DNA from: Octopus sinensis
Lineage: Eukaryota
Assembly (NCBI RefSeq): GCF_006345805.1
Contig: NC_043015.1
Location: 43,090,001 to 43,154,000 of the forward strand
Direction: 5' to 3'
DNA length: 64,000 nt
Shown here: in pieces, positions 26,826-37,928 of the stretch
Position numbering within the stretch: the first letter of the stretch is position 1
Layout of the letters: each line of letters begins with the position of its first letter
Translations under genes and position numbers: made by a program
The notes under the pieces: model-generated
What the model was told of the DNA's origin: nothing
Databases searched by the model: none
What the model saw: the letters and a program-made list of their open reading frames with translations, nothing else

Positions 26826-27477
26826 AATATATATATATATATATATATATACATACATACAGAAGGTGAGAGAGAAAGCAACTATCACTATGACCACCAC
26901 TATAGATTGAAATAGCTTTTGTTGATACAAGACTAGGTTGGTGAAGGTGGAGAAACTCAGAACACATCTTTCCTTTTTGTAGAATTAGCAAAGACCGTAA
27001 ATTTGGCGCCGTGGTTAAAACGCCAGAAGTAACAGAATTGGTTGCCAACAGTTGTGTGGATCAATTCGTCTTTAGCTTGGCATACCTTGTTAATCGCTTG
27101 TAATTAACGAAAAAACAAAGACAATAAATAAATAAATGAATATATAAATACATACATTACTAAGAAATGGCAAAATGGTCTCGTAGAGACATTTCTTCTG
27201 AATGTGTCACTAGCACTATCATATTTATGTGGTATATACTATTTATAATCATTTGTAGTATCTGGGTCTGCTATTCTAAGTACTTGTGGTTGTTGCCTTT
27301 GTACCAAAATCACTGCCTGCCATACCCTGGCTTAGTGAAAACGAAAGCTCAAGTACCCTTAGTGAGATAACAATGGTTTTTTTTGGTGCTGGAGAACAAA
27401 GACACTTACCGTGCAGCTTTTCAATACCAAATCTACCCAGAATCACATCTGGTTCCACAATTCAGGCTTTCCTGTTT

Positions 27478-27875
27478 CAACCCTTTTGGTACCAACCCAT
27501 CCGAAATCACCTCTGGTTCTGTAGTACAACTGTCTTGTCTTCGAAAGTTCTGAATTAAAATCTTCCATCAAACCTTAGTCACAATGTATGTTCCTAACAC
27601 TAGCTTAATGATAACTAAGTTATTTAACAATATTCTTTGTTATATGTAAAATTAATTGTAAGAAATATAGAACATCTCAACAGAAATGTTGTAACAAAAG
27701 GGTTAAAGTCTCCATGATATTTTTAACCCTTTTGATACCAACCCGGCTGAAACTGGCTCTGGCTCTTTAGTATAAATGTCTTGTTTACATAAGTTTTGAA
27801 TTAAAATCTTCCACCAAATCTTAGTTGCAATTTATGTTCCTAACACTAGCTTAATGATAACTTAGTTATTTTACT
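27478..27875. mobile_element. pair of TTAA-type MITE copies
   Basis: AACCCTTTTG(G/A)TACCAACCC...AAAAGGGTTAA; same family as 10094-10325. Confidence 0.75.
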
Positions 27876-28308
27876 AAGGGAATAAAATAACATTGTGAAA
27901 TTCTGGTTTCTTTTGGGTAACCCCTCATATTTACACACCAAATACCGTGTTGAGCACTCATGCTCAATGCTTGCTACTTTCATATATTTACGAAGAGTGG
28001 AAAAAAAAAAAAAAAAAACCAAACTACCGTTGTCTGATAAACAGACTCCACCAATACTTCAAAGAAGAATTGTAACTAGAGGTAAAAAAATGTTATGAAG
28101 AGAAACAAAAAAGATATAGAGGAGCTAACGATATGTAAATGATGAAATTTGCAAAAAGCGAAAAAAAGGAAGCTAAGCGAGCAGTAAATAATCAATAAAG
28201 AAATGACTACGACAATAATAATAATAAACCATTGACTGTGTTGGCATAGAAAACTAGGTAAATCTGTGAGTCAATGAATATGGAGAGTGTCAGGGTGACA
28301 ACAGTACA

Positions 28309-28690
28309 TCTCTCTCTATATAAACGGCAGTTTGTCTGTGCGTGTTTCTGTGTGTCTGTTTGCTTGTACCCCCACCCTGACCACGGCTTTCAACCGATTC
28401 TGATGAAACTTAACACACACATAGCCCAATGTCATAATTCAAAACTAACGCAGCGAAAATTTTGAAAAGTTCCCCCAGTTCTGAAAAAAATCAATAAATT
28501 CGACATGGGGTCGAGAATCAGAAACACGAACCACAAACTGTCTAGGGGACGCAACTCCACCTTTTTTAAATCTCAAAAAAATTTACCATCATTTTTTTCC
28601 ATTTTTTTGCTATTTTTTGGCTATAACTCTCTAAAAATGCTTTATAGTTATTTCCCTTACAACCTGAGCAACGCCGGGCGATACTGCTAG
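28309..28690 (+). mobile_element. non-autonomous Helitron-like element
   Basis: Inserted A|TC...CTAG|T with GC-rich subterminal CCTGAGCAACGCCGGG about 10 nt before CTAG, matching canonical Helitron termini. Confidence 0.75.
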
Positions 28691-28724
<34 letters not shown>

Positions 28725-28769
28725 GTATGTATGTATGTATGTATGTATATATATATTATATATATAATA

Positions 28770-29010
28770 ATAAATATTAGGGAATGAATCCAAAATTACA
28801 GGGAAAAATCAGATTTAGGGTTAAATCAATTTTATAGTAAAATATTATATAATATAATTCGAGACAAAACCACTATTTTAAAACCAAACAAGGAAAGACT
28901 TAATCAATACATAAAATTTTAATATAAATTAAATAAACCGCCACTACAAATGTTTCATGTCTGCTCCGACAATCTTCAGGTGGATTTTCGATCTTCTAAT
29001 CAGTAACAAA
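28770..29010 (-). mobile_element. short (TA)n-inserted element carrying a hammerhead
   Basis: 3' end abuts (TA)n at ~28760; related end fragments at ~14950-15030 and ~51930-52000. Confidence 0.6.
28941..28983 (-). ncRNA. type-I minimal hammerhead ribozyme
   Basis: CCAC-CUGAAGA-U-UGUC-GGAGCA-GACA-U-GAAA-CAUUU-GUA-GUGG; stems I, II and III pair; the 10.1-11.1 pair is a non-canonical U.U. Confidence 0.7.
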
Positions 29011-29410
29011 ATTTTACATGTCACCGACATGGGGGCCAGACAGGGCTGGCAAACGGACACGAACGGATGGTGCTTTTACATGTCACCGACATGGGGGCCA
29101 GACAGGGCTGGCAAACGGCCACGAACGGATGGTGCTTTTACGTGTCACCAGCACGGGGGCCAGACAGAGCTGGCAAACGGCCACGAACGGATGGTGCTTT
29201 TACGTGTCACCAGCACGGGGGCCAGACAGAGCTGGCAAACGGCCACAAACGGATGGTGCTTTTACGTGTCACCGGCACGGGGGCCAGGCCAGGCTGGCAA
29301 CGAACACGAACGGATGGTGCTTTTACGTGCCACCGACACGGGGGCCAAACAGGGCTGGCAAACGGCTACGAACGGATGGTACTTTTACGTGTCACCTGCA
29401 CGGGGGCCCT
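29011..29410 (-). repeat. 62-bp minisatellite (~6.5 units) in the RTE 3' UTR
   Basis: GGTGCTTTTAC starts at 29069, 29131, 29193, 29255, 29316 and (as GGTACTTTTAC) 29378. Confidence 0.95.
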
Positions 29411-29456
29411 GATGTTGATCGACCTCAATTTGGTTTGATCTTGATTTTGACTGTTC

Positions 29457-30880
29457 TCACTGGTCTTGCCGGGTTTTCTCACGCACAGCATACCTCCAAA
29501 GGTCTCGGTCACTGGTCATTTCCTTGGTGAGACCTAATGTTCGAAGGTCGTGCTTCACCGCCTCGACCCAGGTTTTCCTGGGTCTACCTCTTCCACAGGT
29601 CCCCTCAACTGCCAGGGTGTGGCACTTTCGCACACAACTATCTTCAGCCATTCTCATCACATGACCATACCAGCGCATACGTCTCTCTTGCACACAACAA
29701 CTGATGCTTCTTAGGTTCAACTTTTCTCTCAAGGTACTTACACTCTGTCGATTATGAACACTGACGTTACACATCCATCGGAGCATACTAGCTTCATTTC
29801 TTGCGAGCTTACGCAAATCCTCAGCAGTCACAGCCCAAGTTTCACTACCATGTAGCATGGCTGTACGTACACATGCATCATACAGTCTGCCTTTTACTTT
29901 GAGCGAGAGGCTTTTGTCACCAGTAGGGGTAAGAGCTCTCTAAACTTTGCCCAGGCTATTCTTACTCTAGCAGTTATACTTTCAGCGCACCCGCCCCCGC
30001 TACTGACTTGGTCACCTAGGTAACGGAAACTATCAACTACTTCTAGCTTTTCTCCCTGGAAAGTGACGGAAGTTGGTCTCAGAGCATTTTCAGTGTTAAT
30101 TGTTCCTGAGCATCTGCCACATACAAAAACCATCTTCCTAGTTAGCCTTCCTTTGACATTGCTGCACCTCTTATGTGTCCATAGCTTACACTTGGTGCAT
30201 CTTATAGAGTTTCTACCTACACCTTTTCTACAGATCGAGCAGGGCCATCTACCTGAAGGCGTTTGTGATTGGTCTACCTTCCTACTTATTAGGACTTTGG
30301 TTTTGGCTAGGTTGATTCTAAGGCCCTTCGATTCTAAAGCTTGTTTCCATACCTGAAACTTCTCTCTAGTTCTGATAGAGACTCAGCAATTAGAGCAAGG
30401 TCATCAGCATAGAGGAGCTCCCAGGGGCATCCTGTCTTGAATTCCTCCGTTATTGCCTGGAGGACTATGATAAATAGGAGGGGACTGAGGACTGAACCTT
30501 GGTGGACCCTAACCTCTACCCTGAATTCTTCACTGTACTCGGTGCCAACCCTCACCTTACTAGCAGCGTCTCTGTACATGGCTTGTACAGCTTTCACTAA
30601 CCATTCATCTATCCCTAGTTTCCTCATTGACCACCAGATGAGGGATCGGGGGACCCTGTCGAAGGCTTTCTCCATATCAACAAAAGCCAGGTATAGGGGC
30701 TTGTCTTTGGCTAGGTATTTCTCTTGCAGCTGTCTTACCATGAAAATAGCATCAGTAGTACTTTTCCCTGGCACGAACCCAAACTGCATCTGATCTAGGC
30801 TAACTCTCTCTCTAATTAGTTGGGCTATAACCCTCTCCGTAACCTTCATTACCTGATCCAGCAGCTTGATACCCCTGTAG
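29457..30880 (-). pseudogene. 5'-truncated RTE-clade LINE reverse transcriptase (RT core, PHD-type insert, C-terminus)
   Basis: YRGIKLL...QFGF...FVDMEKAFDRV...VHQGSVLSPLLF...LLYADD...FRYLG...MLHGSETW...RWYGHV...GRGRPRKTW; three ORFs joined by two apparent 1-nt deletions (~30360, ~29908). Confidence 0.95.
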
Positions 30881-31302
30881 CTATTTATATATACATATAT
30901 AAATATATATATCATCATTTATCATTTAACGTCTGCTTTCCATGCTAGCATGGGTTGGACGATTTGACTGAGGTCTGGCGAACCAGACTCTAATCTGATC
31001 TGGCAGAGTTTCTACAGCTGGATGCCCTTCCTAATGCCCCGAGACTTCCACTGAGGTCAACATTCTTGTCCATTTCTCAGGTTTGATAAAATGGTGCCAA
31101 TAAAGGGGAGTCGATTGGTTGAACTGTAAATGCATATATGGTTTCAGTGTGAATGTTTTTTTTATAGGGCGCCATTTTTACAATACTGTAAATAATAATA
31201 ATGATATTTTTATATGAGCTTAAGGCATTCACCGTGCAATGACTAAGTAAAATAGTCTAATAAAGGGGTATATAAGCCCTCGACAGAAAAAAGAAGGCTT
31301 TC

Positions 31303-31375
31303 CTATCCGCGTGGGAGTCGAACCCATATCCCTTTGTTAACGCAACTAAGTGTGTTACCTTTGCACCAGTGAATC
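31303..31375 (-). pseudogene. tRNA-like sequence (pseudo-tRNA or SINE head)
   Basis: A-box-like TGGTGCAAAGGT, T-arm TGGG-TTCGACT-CCCA, imperfect acceptor stem; anticodon arm non-canonical. Confidence 0.45.
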
Positions 31376-31974
31376 AGCCTCCCTTTCCCTGTCAAATTTA
31401 AGAACTTTAATAGTTCATGTGCATTCAGTGCGAATGGTTTTTTTTTTGTACGGTGCCATTTTTACAATCCTGTAAATAATAATGGTATAAAAAATCTGAT
31501 CAGGCAGAGTTTCTACAGCTGGATACCCTTCATAACGCCAATCTAATGAATCATATTAACACTTTTAACACTGATTTATGCTCTTTGGACCAATGCTTGG
31601 TTTAACACAGCCAGCCTGTCTCTTGGATGTTCTAGCAACAGAATCCTCTTTCTTGCAAGAATTTTGGATGTCTCTGGTTTGGAGATAACCTTTGAGGAGT
31701 GATTTTCATCTCTTTCCATGCACTTAAGTCAAAAGGCCCACAAAGTAAGTTCTCCTCCTTTTTGATTAAACATAAAAATGCTCAAAGCAATTCATATCAG
31801 AGCAGGAACACAGTGGAGGATATGCAACAAGGAAAGATGTGAAACATAACTATTTATGCACACCTGTACAACTTACACCTGCACTGCAAATTAGTTATGA
31901 CGATGATGATGACGATGATTAGAATAAATAGGAAATAAAACAAAACTGACAACAGCAACTATTACAAAAACTTC

Positions 31975-32175
31975 TAAAATGCAGAATTGATTTAGCATCT
32001 ATGCAAGGATATGTTGAAGGTGTTTTTTTTCTTTTTAATATAATTTTTGGGTTTTTTTTCCGAAGAGTTCGATGTGTGCAGTAGGTTGCCTCTCAGACTG
32101 GCATGAAGCCAGAAGCAGTTCAGTCCCGATCTAACCACTAAGTTGTATCGATTGATCAATCAATCGACTGAACTA
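31975..32175. other. copy 1 of a diverged duplicated conserved element
   Basis: Shares five ordered blocks with 33438-33620. Confidence 0.6.
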
Positions 32176-32711
32176 TCGCAATTAGCTCTAACACAGAGAT
32201 GCAAATTATCGAGATTTGACGGGCAGCACTGTAAAGGATGGGGAGGGGGGGAGTTCACTACATTGTGATATAATGCTCTTTTTGACTTGTGGCTGTCGAA
32301 TGATATCTACAATAGTATCTAGAAGACAAGACACAAAAAAAAATTAGAGGGGAAGGATAATCATTAATACAAGATAAACTATAGGTAAGATGGTATTTAA
32401 CCCTTTGCCATTTAAACCGGCATTATTTGGCCAAAATATTTTGGCTCTTTTATGTTCGAACTGGCCAGATCCAGTGGTTAGGGTGTCAGCACCATGATCG
32501 TAAGATTGTGGTTTCAATTCCTGGACAGGCGATGCGTTGTGTTCTTGAGCAAAATACTTCATTTTCCATTCCTCCAGTCCACTCAGCTGGCAAAAATGAA
32601 CAACGCTGCGATGGACTGACATCCCGTCCAGCTGGGGAACACATACACCATAGAAACCGGGAAACCGGACCCATGAGCCTGGCTAGGCATTAAAAAGGGT
32701 GCATTTATTCG

Positions 32712-32900
32712 TGGAGGCACATGTCCTAGTGGTTAGAGCAGCGGACTCGCGGTCGAGGGATCGCAGGTTCAAATCTCAGACTGGGTAATGTGTGCATTTA
32801 TGAGCGAAACACCTAAGCTCCACGCGGTTCCAGCAGAAGGTAATGGCAAAACTTTCGCCACAAGCTTCTCTCACGCTTTCCTCCTGCATCTTGCAGCCAT
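32712..32900 (+). mobile_element. tRNA-derived SINE, family C
   Basis: GGAGGC...CTAGTGGTTAGAGCAGCGGACTCGCGG...GGTTCAAATC head; copies at 54356-54670 (+) and 57677-57750 (-). Confidence 0.8.
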
Positions 32901-33437
32901 ATCAGGCCCAAATATTTCTACATCAGAGATTTGTCAATATCTCATAGTTCTACGTCAGAGTTTAAATAAAACAACCACTAAATTTATCTGACACTCAAAC
33001 AACAATAACAACAACAACACACAAAGTTAAGACTATGTTAATGGCCAAGCTGCAGCTGAGTGATGGAAATACTGACACCTGAAGAAATGAATTTAAAAAG
33101 AATCTAACAGGTGTCTATGTAAAATAACTCTCTGTTCTATCATGTGGCTGCTTCCATTTCAACACACAGCCTCAGAATCAAGACATATACGACAGTGGGG
33201 TGGGGGTGGAGGTGTGGGGGTTGAATCAAGTACAGTTTATACCAATACTGAAAGACATAAGTAATGTGATGATGATGATGACAATGACGATGGTGATGAT
33301 GGTGATAATCATGACGATGACAACAGCGACAATTTTAATGATGATGATAATGGTGATGAAGATGATGACGATGATGATGATGATGGTAATGATGATAATG
33401 GTGGTGGGGATGACAATGATGGCGGTGAATAAGAATA

Positions 33438-33620
33438 GTAAAATGCAGCATCAATGCAAGGATATTGTGAATGTATTTTTCTTTTTTTTTTCTTTTTTTT
33501 TTTTTTAGCAAATTGCTCCTTTGATGTGCGCAGCTGGTTGCATCATGGGATGGTGTCGAATCAATAAAAGAAGTTCAATTCCGACCCAGGTTGTATCGAT
33601 TGATCAATCAATTGATCCAT
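33438..33620. other. copy 2 of a diverged duplicated conserved element
   Basis: Shares AGCATCwATGCAAGGATAT, poly-T, GATGTGyGCAG..GGTTGC, AGTTCArTyCCGA and GTTGTATCGATTGATCAATCAAT with copy 1. Confidence 0.6.
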
Positions 33621-33659
33621 CATTTATAATACAGAGTGAAAAAAAAATTCTCAAGACCA

Positions 33660-33980
33660 TAGGCGCAGGAATGGCTGTGTGGTAAGTAGCTTGCTTACCA
33701 GCCACATGGTTCCGAGTTCAGTCCCACTGCGTGGCACCTTGGGCAAGTGTCTTCTACTATAGTCTCGGGCCAACCGAAGCCTTGTGAGTGGATTTGGTAG
33801 ACGGAAACTGAAAGAAGCCTGTCGTATATACGTGTGCATGTATATGTGTGTGTGTGTGTTTGTATGTCTGTGTTTGTCCCCCACAACATCGATTGACAAC
33901 CGATGCTGGTGTGTTTATGTCCCCCATAACTTAGCAGTTCGGCAAAAGAGACCGATAGAATAAGTACTAGGGTTACAAAG
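33660..33980 (+). mobile_element. SINE family A, 3'-truncated
   Basis: Similarity to 5035-5450. Confidence 0.88.
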
Positions 33981-34539
33981 GTTTTGATTTAGTTTACTTT
34001 AAGATAGGGATTTTGTATCATGAAAGCAACGGCAGTCCCAAGTGGGTTGGTATAAAAAGGGTTAATTTTGAACCCTTAGTTGTGATCTGAGTGAATAAGA
34101 GAGGAAGAGATACAGAACAGAAAGAGAAAAAGCATTATTGTTGCTTTTGGAAGCTGCATATAGACACACACACACACTGGGTGGTGAGCTGGCAGAATCG
34201 TTAGCACGGCAGGAGAAATGCGTAGCCGTATTTCATCTCCCATTACGTTCTGAGTTCAAATTCTGCCGAGGTCGGCTTTGCCTTTCATCCTTTCGGGGTT
34301 GATAAATTAAGTACCAGTTACACACTGGGGTCGATGTAATCAACTTAATCCCTTTGTCTGTCCTTGTTTGTTCCCTCTATGTTTAGCCCCTTGTGGGCAG
34401 TAAAGAAATATATAGACACACACATAGCATGGAAGACAGATGTTAAATGACAATGATGATGGAATGTGGACATTAAACGATGATGAAGATAATGATGATA
34501 TATGAAATCAAACCAAGTTGTTCTGTGTGATTTGAATAG

Positions 34540-34880
34540 TAAATTCTGTTAAAATGTGTTGCTTCTAAGAATAACACTAAATGAAGATACAAGGACCAAC
34601 TCAAAATAACATTGAAAAAGCCACAGGAATTGAACTCAAATCGTTTGAAACACAAGTTTGAGAATATACCAAGTGGTGGTGTTCCATCACCATTGGAACC
34701 AAAATCTTCGAAGCCACCCGAAGAGAAAAGGAAGAAATTAAACAATAGGAGAGAGAGGCTCAACAAAATCTACCTTGTATTCCACCAACATTGCCATGCA
34801 GTCAATGCCATCGACTCTCCTATGCAAGAATTGGTCTACAGAGTCATTCAACGCCATCACCATAAGGGAAGCGTTTAGCA
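34540..34880 (+). pseudogene. decayed RTE-like LINE C-terminus with terminal C2H2-like finger
   Basis: Frameshifted RYKDQLKITLK...PPTLPCSQCHRLSYARIGLQSH, matching the C-x2-C...RIGL.SH ending of many RTE ORFs. Confidence 0.7.
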
Positions 34881-34948
34881 AAGAAAAAAACCAAAGTCTC
34901 AGATGCGAAATAGAACTGCCTCCACTGATATGTGTGCATATATGCATG

Positions 34949-34998
<50 letters not shown>

Positions 34999-35007
34999 TA
35001 TATATAA

Positions 35008-35586
35008 GCACCCACTACACTTTTGGAGTGGTTGGCATTAGGAAGGGCATCCAGCTGTAGAAACTCTGCCAGATCAAGACTGGGGCCTGGTGCAGCCATC
35101 TGGTTCGCCAGCCCTCAGTCAAAGTCGTCCAACCCATGCTAGCATGGAAAGCAGAGGTTAAACGATGATGATGATATACACACACACACACACACATACA
35201 TATATATATATACACCCGTGCTCGTAGGGTGCTAAGAGCACCATCCAAGCGTGATCGTTGCCACAGCAGCCAACTGGCTTCCCTGCCAGTGGCACGTAAA
35301 AGGGCACCATTTGAGTGTGATCGTTACCAACATTGCCTTACTGGTACCTATGCTGGTGGCATGTGTAAAAGGATTCGAGCGAGGTTGTTACCAGTGTCGC
35401 CTGACTGGCCCCCATGCTGGTGGCACATAAAAAGCACCCACGACACTCTCGGAGTGGTTGGCGTTAGGAAGGGCATCCAGCTGTAGAAACTCTGCCAAAT
35501 CAAGATTGGAGCCTGGTGCAGCCATCTGGTTCGCCAGCCCTCAGTCAAAAGCGGTCGTTAAACGATGATGCTGATGATGATGATGA
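35008..35586 (+). mobile_element. two RTE-type 3' tail copies, the second with four repeat units
   Basis: Reverse complement of 8950-9420 with the same order of variant units; (GAT)n tails. Confidence 0.8.
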
Positions 35587-35935
35587 CAGGACTCTGAACT
35601 ATTAACAATTTTTATTCTCCCTTGAATACATGCATCTACACTCACATACACAGTTCTTATGACCTTACGGCTTACTTCATTTACATTTTATTATTCTTTA
35701 TTATTTGAATTTTTAACAGATACAAGTGTTGTTTATTGATCCTAAAAGTATACGAACGGAACAACACATCCCACCCAATCACGTCTCGTAAATCACTGGA
35801 AGCATGATTTTGTTTATTTGAATGTAAATTACTGACAACCGAAATTTTTATCTTCTAAAAATTTTATATGTATGTACACACACACATACACACACACACA
35901 CGCACACAAAGAGAGTGCTGAAAAATTCCTGGCTT

Positions 35936-36416
35936 TAACCCTTTTGATACCAACCCGGCTGAAACCGCCTCTGGCTCTGTAGTACAAATATCTTGTTTTC
36001 ATAAGTATCAAATTAAAATCTTCCACCAAACCTTAGTCACAATTTATGTTCCTAACACTAGCTTAATGATAACTAAATTATTTTACTAAATTCTTTGTAT
36101 ATTTAAAATTAATTGAAAGAAACACAGAGCATCTCAACAGAAATATGGTAGCAAAAGGGTTAAAAATATATAATAGAGAAACAATTCTTAAACCTTTTGA
36201 TACGAACCTGGCTGAAACCACCTCTGACCCTGTAGTACAAATGTCTTGTTTTCATAAGTTTTGCATTAAAATCTTCCACCAAACCTTAGTCACAATTTAT
36301 GTTCTTAACACTAGCTTAATTATAACTAAGTTATTTTACTAAATTCTTTGTTATATTTAAAATTAATTGAAAGAAACATAGAGCATCTCAAGAGAAATAC
36401 GGTAACAAAAGGGTTA
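35936..36416. mobile_element. pair of TTAA-type MITE copies
   Basis: TTAACCCTTTTGATAC...AAAAGGGTTAA twice (35936-36163 and ~36189-36416). Confidence 0.8.
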
Positions 36417-36562
36417 AGGGTATCACAAAAGGTCTGGTTGAAGGCCCAAAGTTCTGATTTCTTTTACAGGGCTTAGAGAAACTGAAGGACTGCGAAGGGC
36501 AGCTGCAATAAGTGTGTGAATCTGAGAGGAGTGTTAGATAAAATCATAACAAATTGATCCTC

Positions 36563-36927
36563 TCTCTCTTTTACTCTTTTAATTGTTTCAGTCATTTGAC
36601 TGCGGCCATGCTGGAGCACCGCCTTTAGCCGAGCAAATCGACCCCGGGACTTATTCTTTGTAAGCCCAGTACTTATTCCATTGGTCTCTTTTGCCGAACC
36701 TCTAAGTGGCGGGGATGTAAACACACCCGCATCGGTTGTCAAGCAATGCTTGGGGGACAAACACAGACACACAAACACATACACACACGCATATATATAT
36801 ATACATATATACGACAGGCTTCTTTCAGTTTCCGTCTACCAAATCCACTCACAAGGCATTGGTCGGCCCAGGGCTATAGCAGAAGACACTTGCCCAAGAT
36901 GCCACGCAGTGGGACTGAACCCGGAGC
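36563..36927 (-). mobile_element. SINE family A
   Basis: Similarity to the family consensus. Confidence 0.88.
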
Positions 36928-36989
36928 CTCCTGTATTTTCTTTTATCCAAAGCCAGGAACTTTTCAGCACCCCCCCTTGTGTGCGTGTA

Positions 36990-37039
<50 letters not shown>

Positions 37040-37260
37040 CATACATACACACATAATGCAATGGAAACAAGAGCCAAAACAGGAGGCAAGAGGAATAATT
37101 ATTAAATCTGCTCACATACATTGGATGACCCACAACAGCATTGCAATCAGGGCTGACTGACCGACTGACCGGCCTACATTCAAATACATGCAGCTGGTCC
37201 GACGCCAAATTTAGCCAGTCTCATCCAACCTATACCAGTATTGGCTAAAGCATTCTGGTC

Positions 37261-37299
<39 letters not shown>

Positions 37300-37891
37300 G
37301 TGGTGATGGTGGTGGTTATGTGGACAGCAACCAATTGCTAATTACTTTTTCTGAAAACAATTGATCACGTGCAAGTACTTTTGGAATAATAACAATAATA
37401 ACAATAATAAGAATAATAATAATAATAATAATAATACCTATAAGTATGCACTCAGAACATGCAAAAGTGTAAGCACATGAAATAACATAATTGCTTTCAC
37501 CTTGATATGTATACACATGCAAAGGTATACATACATGCAAACACCTTATTAAATGGACACACACACACACATATACATATGCATGATTTATTCATAGACA
37601 TGCTTGTATACATATGTACACACACACACAAACATATATATATATATATACATAAATGTATTTTCTTTTCTTTTATTTGTTTGTCATTTGACTGCTGCCA
37701 TGCTGGAGCATCGCCTTTAGTCGAGCAAATCGACCCCCAGGACTTATTCTTCATAAGCCTAGTACTTATTTTATCAGCCTGTATTGCCAAACCACTAAGT
37801 TATAGGGACATAAACACACCAGCATTGGTTGTCAAGTGATGTTCTGGGGACAAACACAGATACACAAATACATACACACACACACACAGAT

Positions 37892-37928
<37 letters not shown>

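Noticed and set aside
26983-27103. Plus-strand acceptor followed by a 39-codon open frame (ISKDRKFGAVVKTPEV...)
   Set aside because: No recognisable homology, no partner exons and no other support.
29011-29410. CRISPR-like repeat/spacer appearance
   Set aside because: The 'spacers' are nearly identical to each other, there are no cas genes, the context is eukaryotic and the array sits in a LINE 3' UTR.
31221-31240. TAAGGCATTCACCGTGC resembling miR-124 or its antisense
   Set aside because: Only a partial match and no pre-miRNA hairpin.
32065-32175. C/D box snoRNA reading of the duplicated element
   Set aside because: The C box matches only 4/7 and the terminal CTGA is absent from the second copy.
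32712-32785. tRNA gene
   Set aside because: It is the head of multi-copy SINE family C and continues into the SINE body without a proper acceptor stem.
34612-34878. 88-aa ORF that looks like a host exon
   Set aside because: Other frames give RTE C-terminal motifs; it is a frameshifted LINE remnant.
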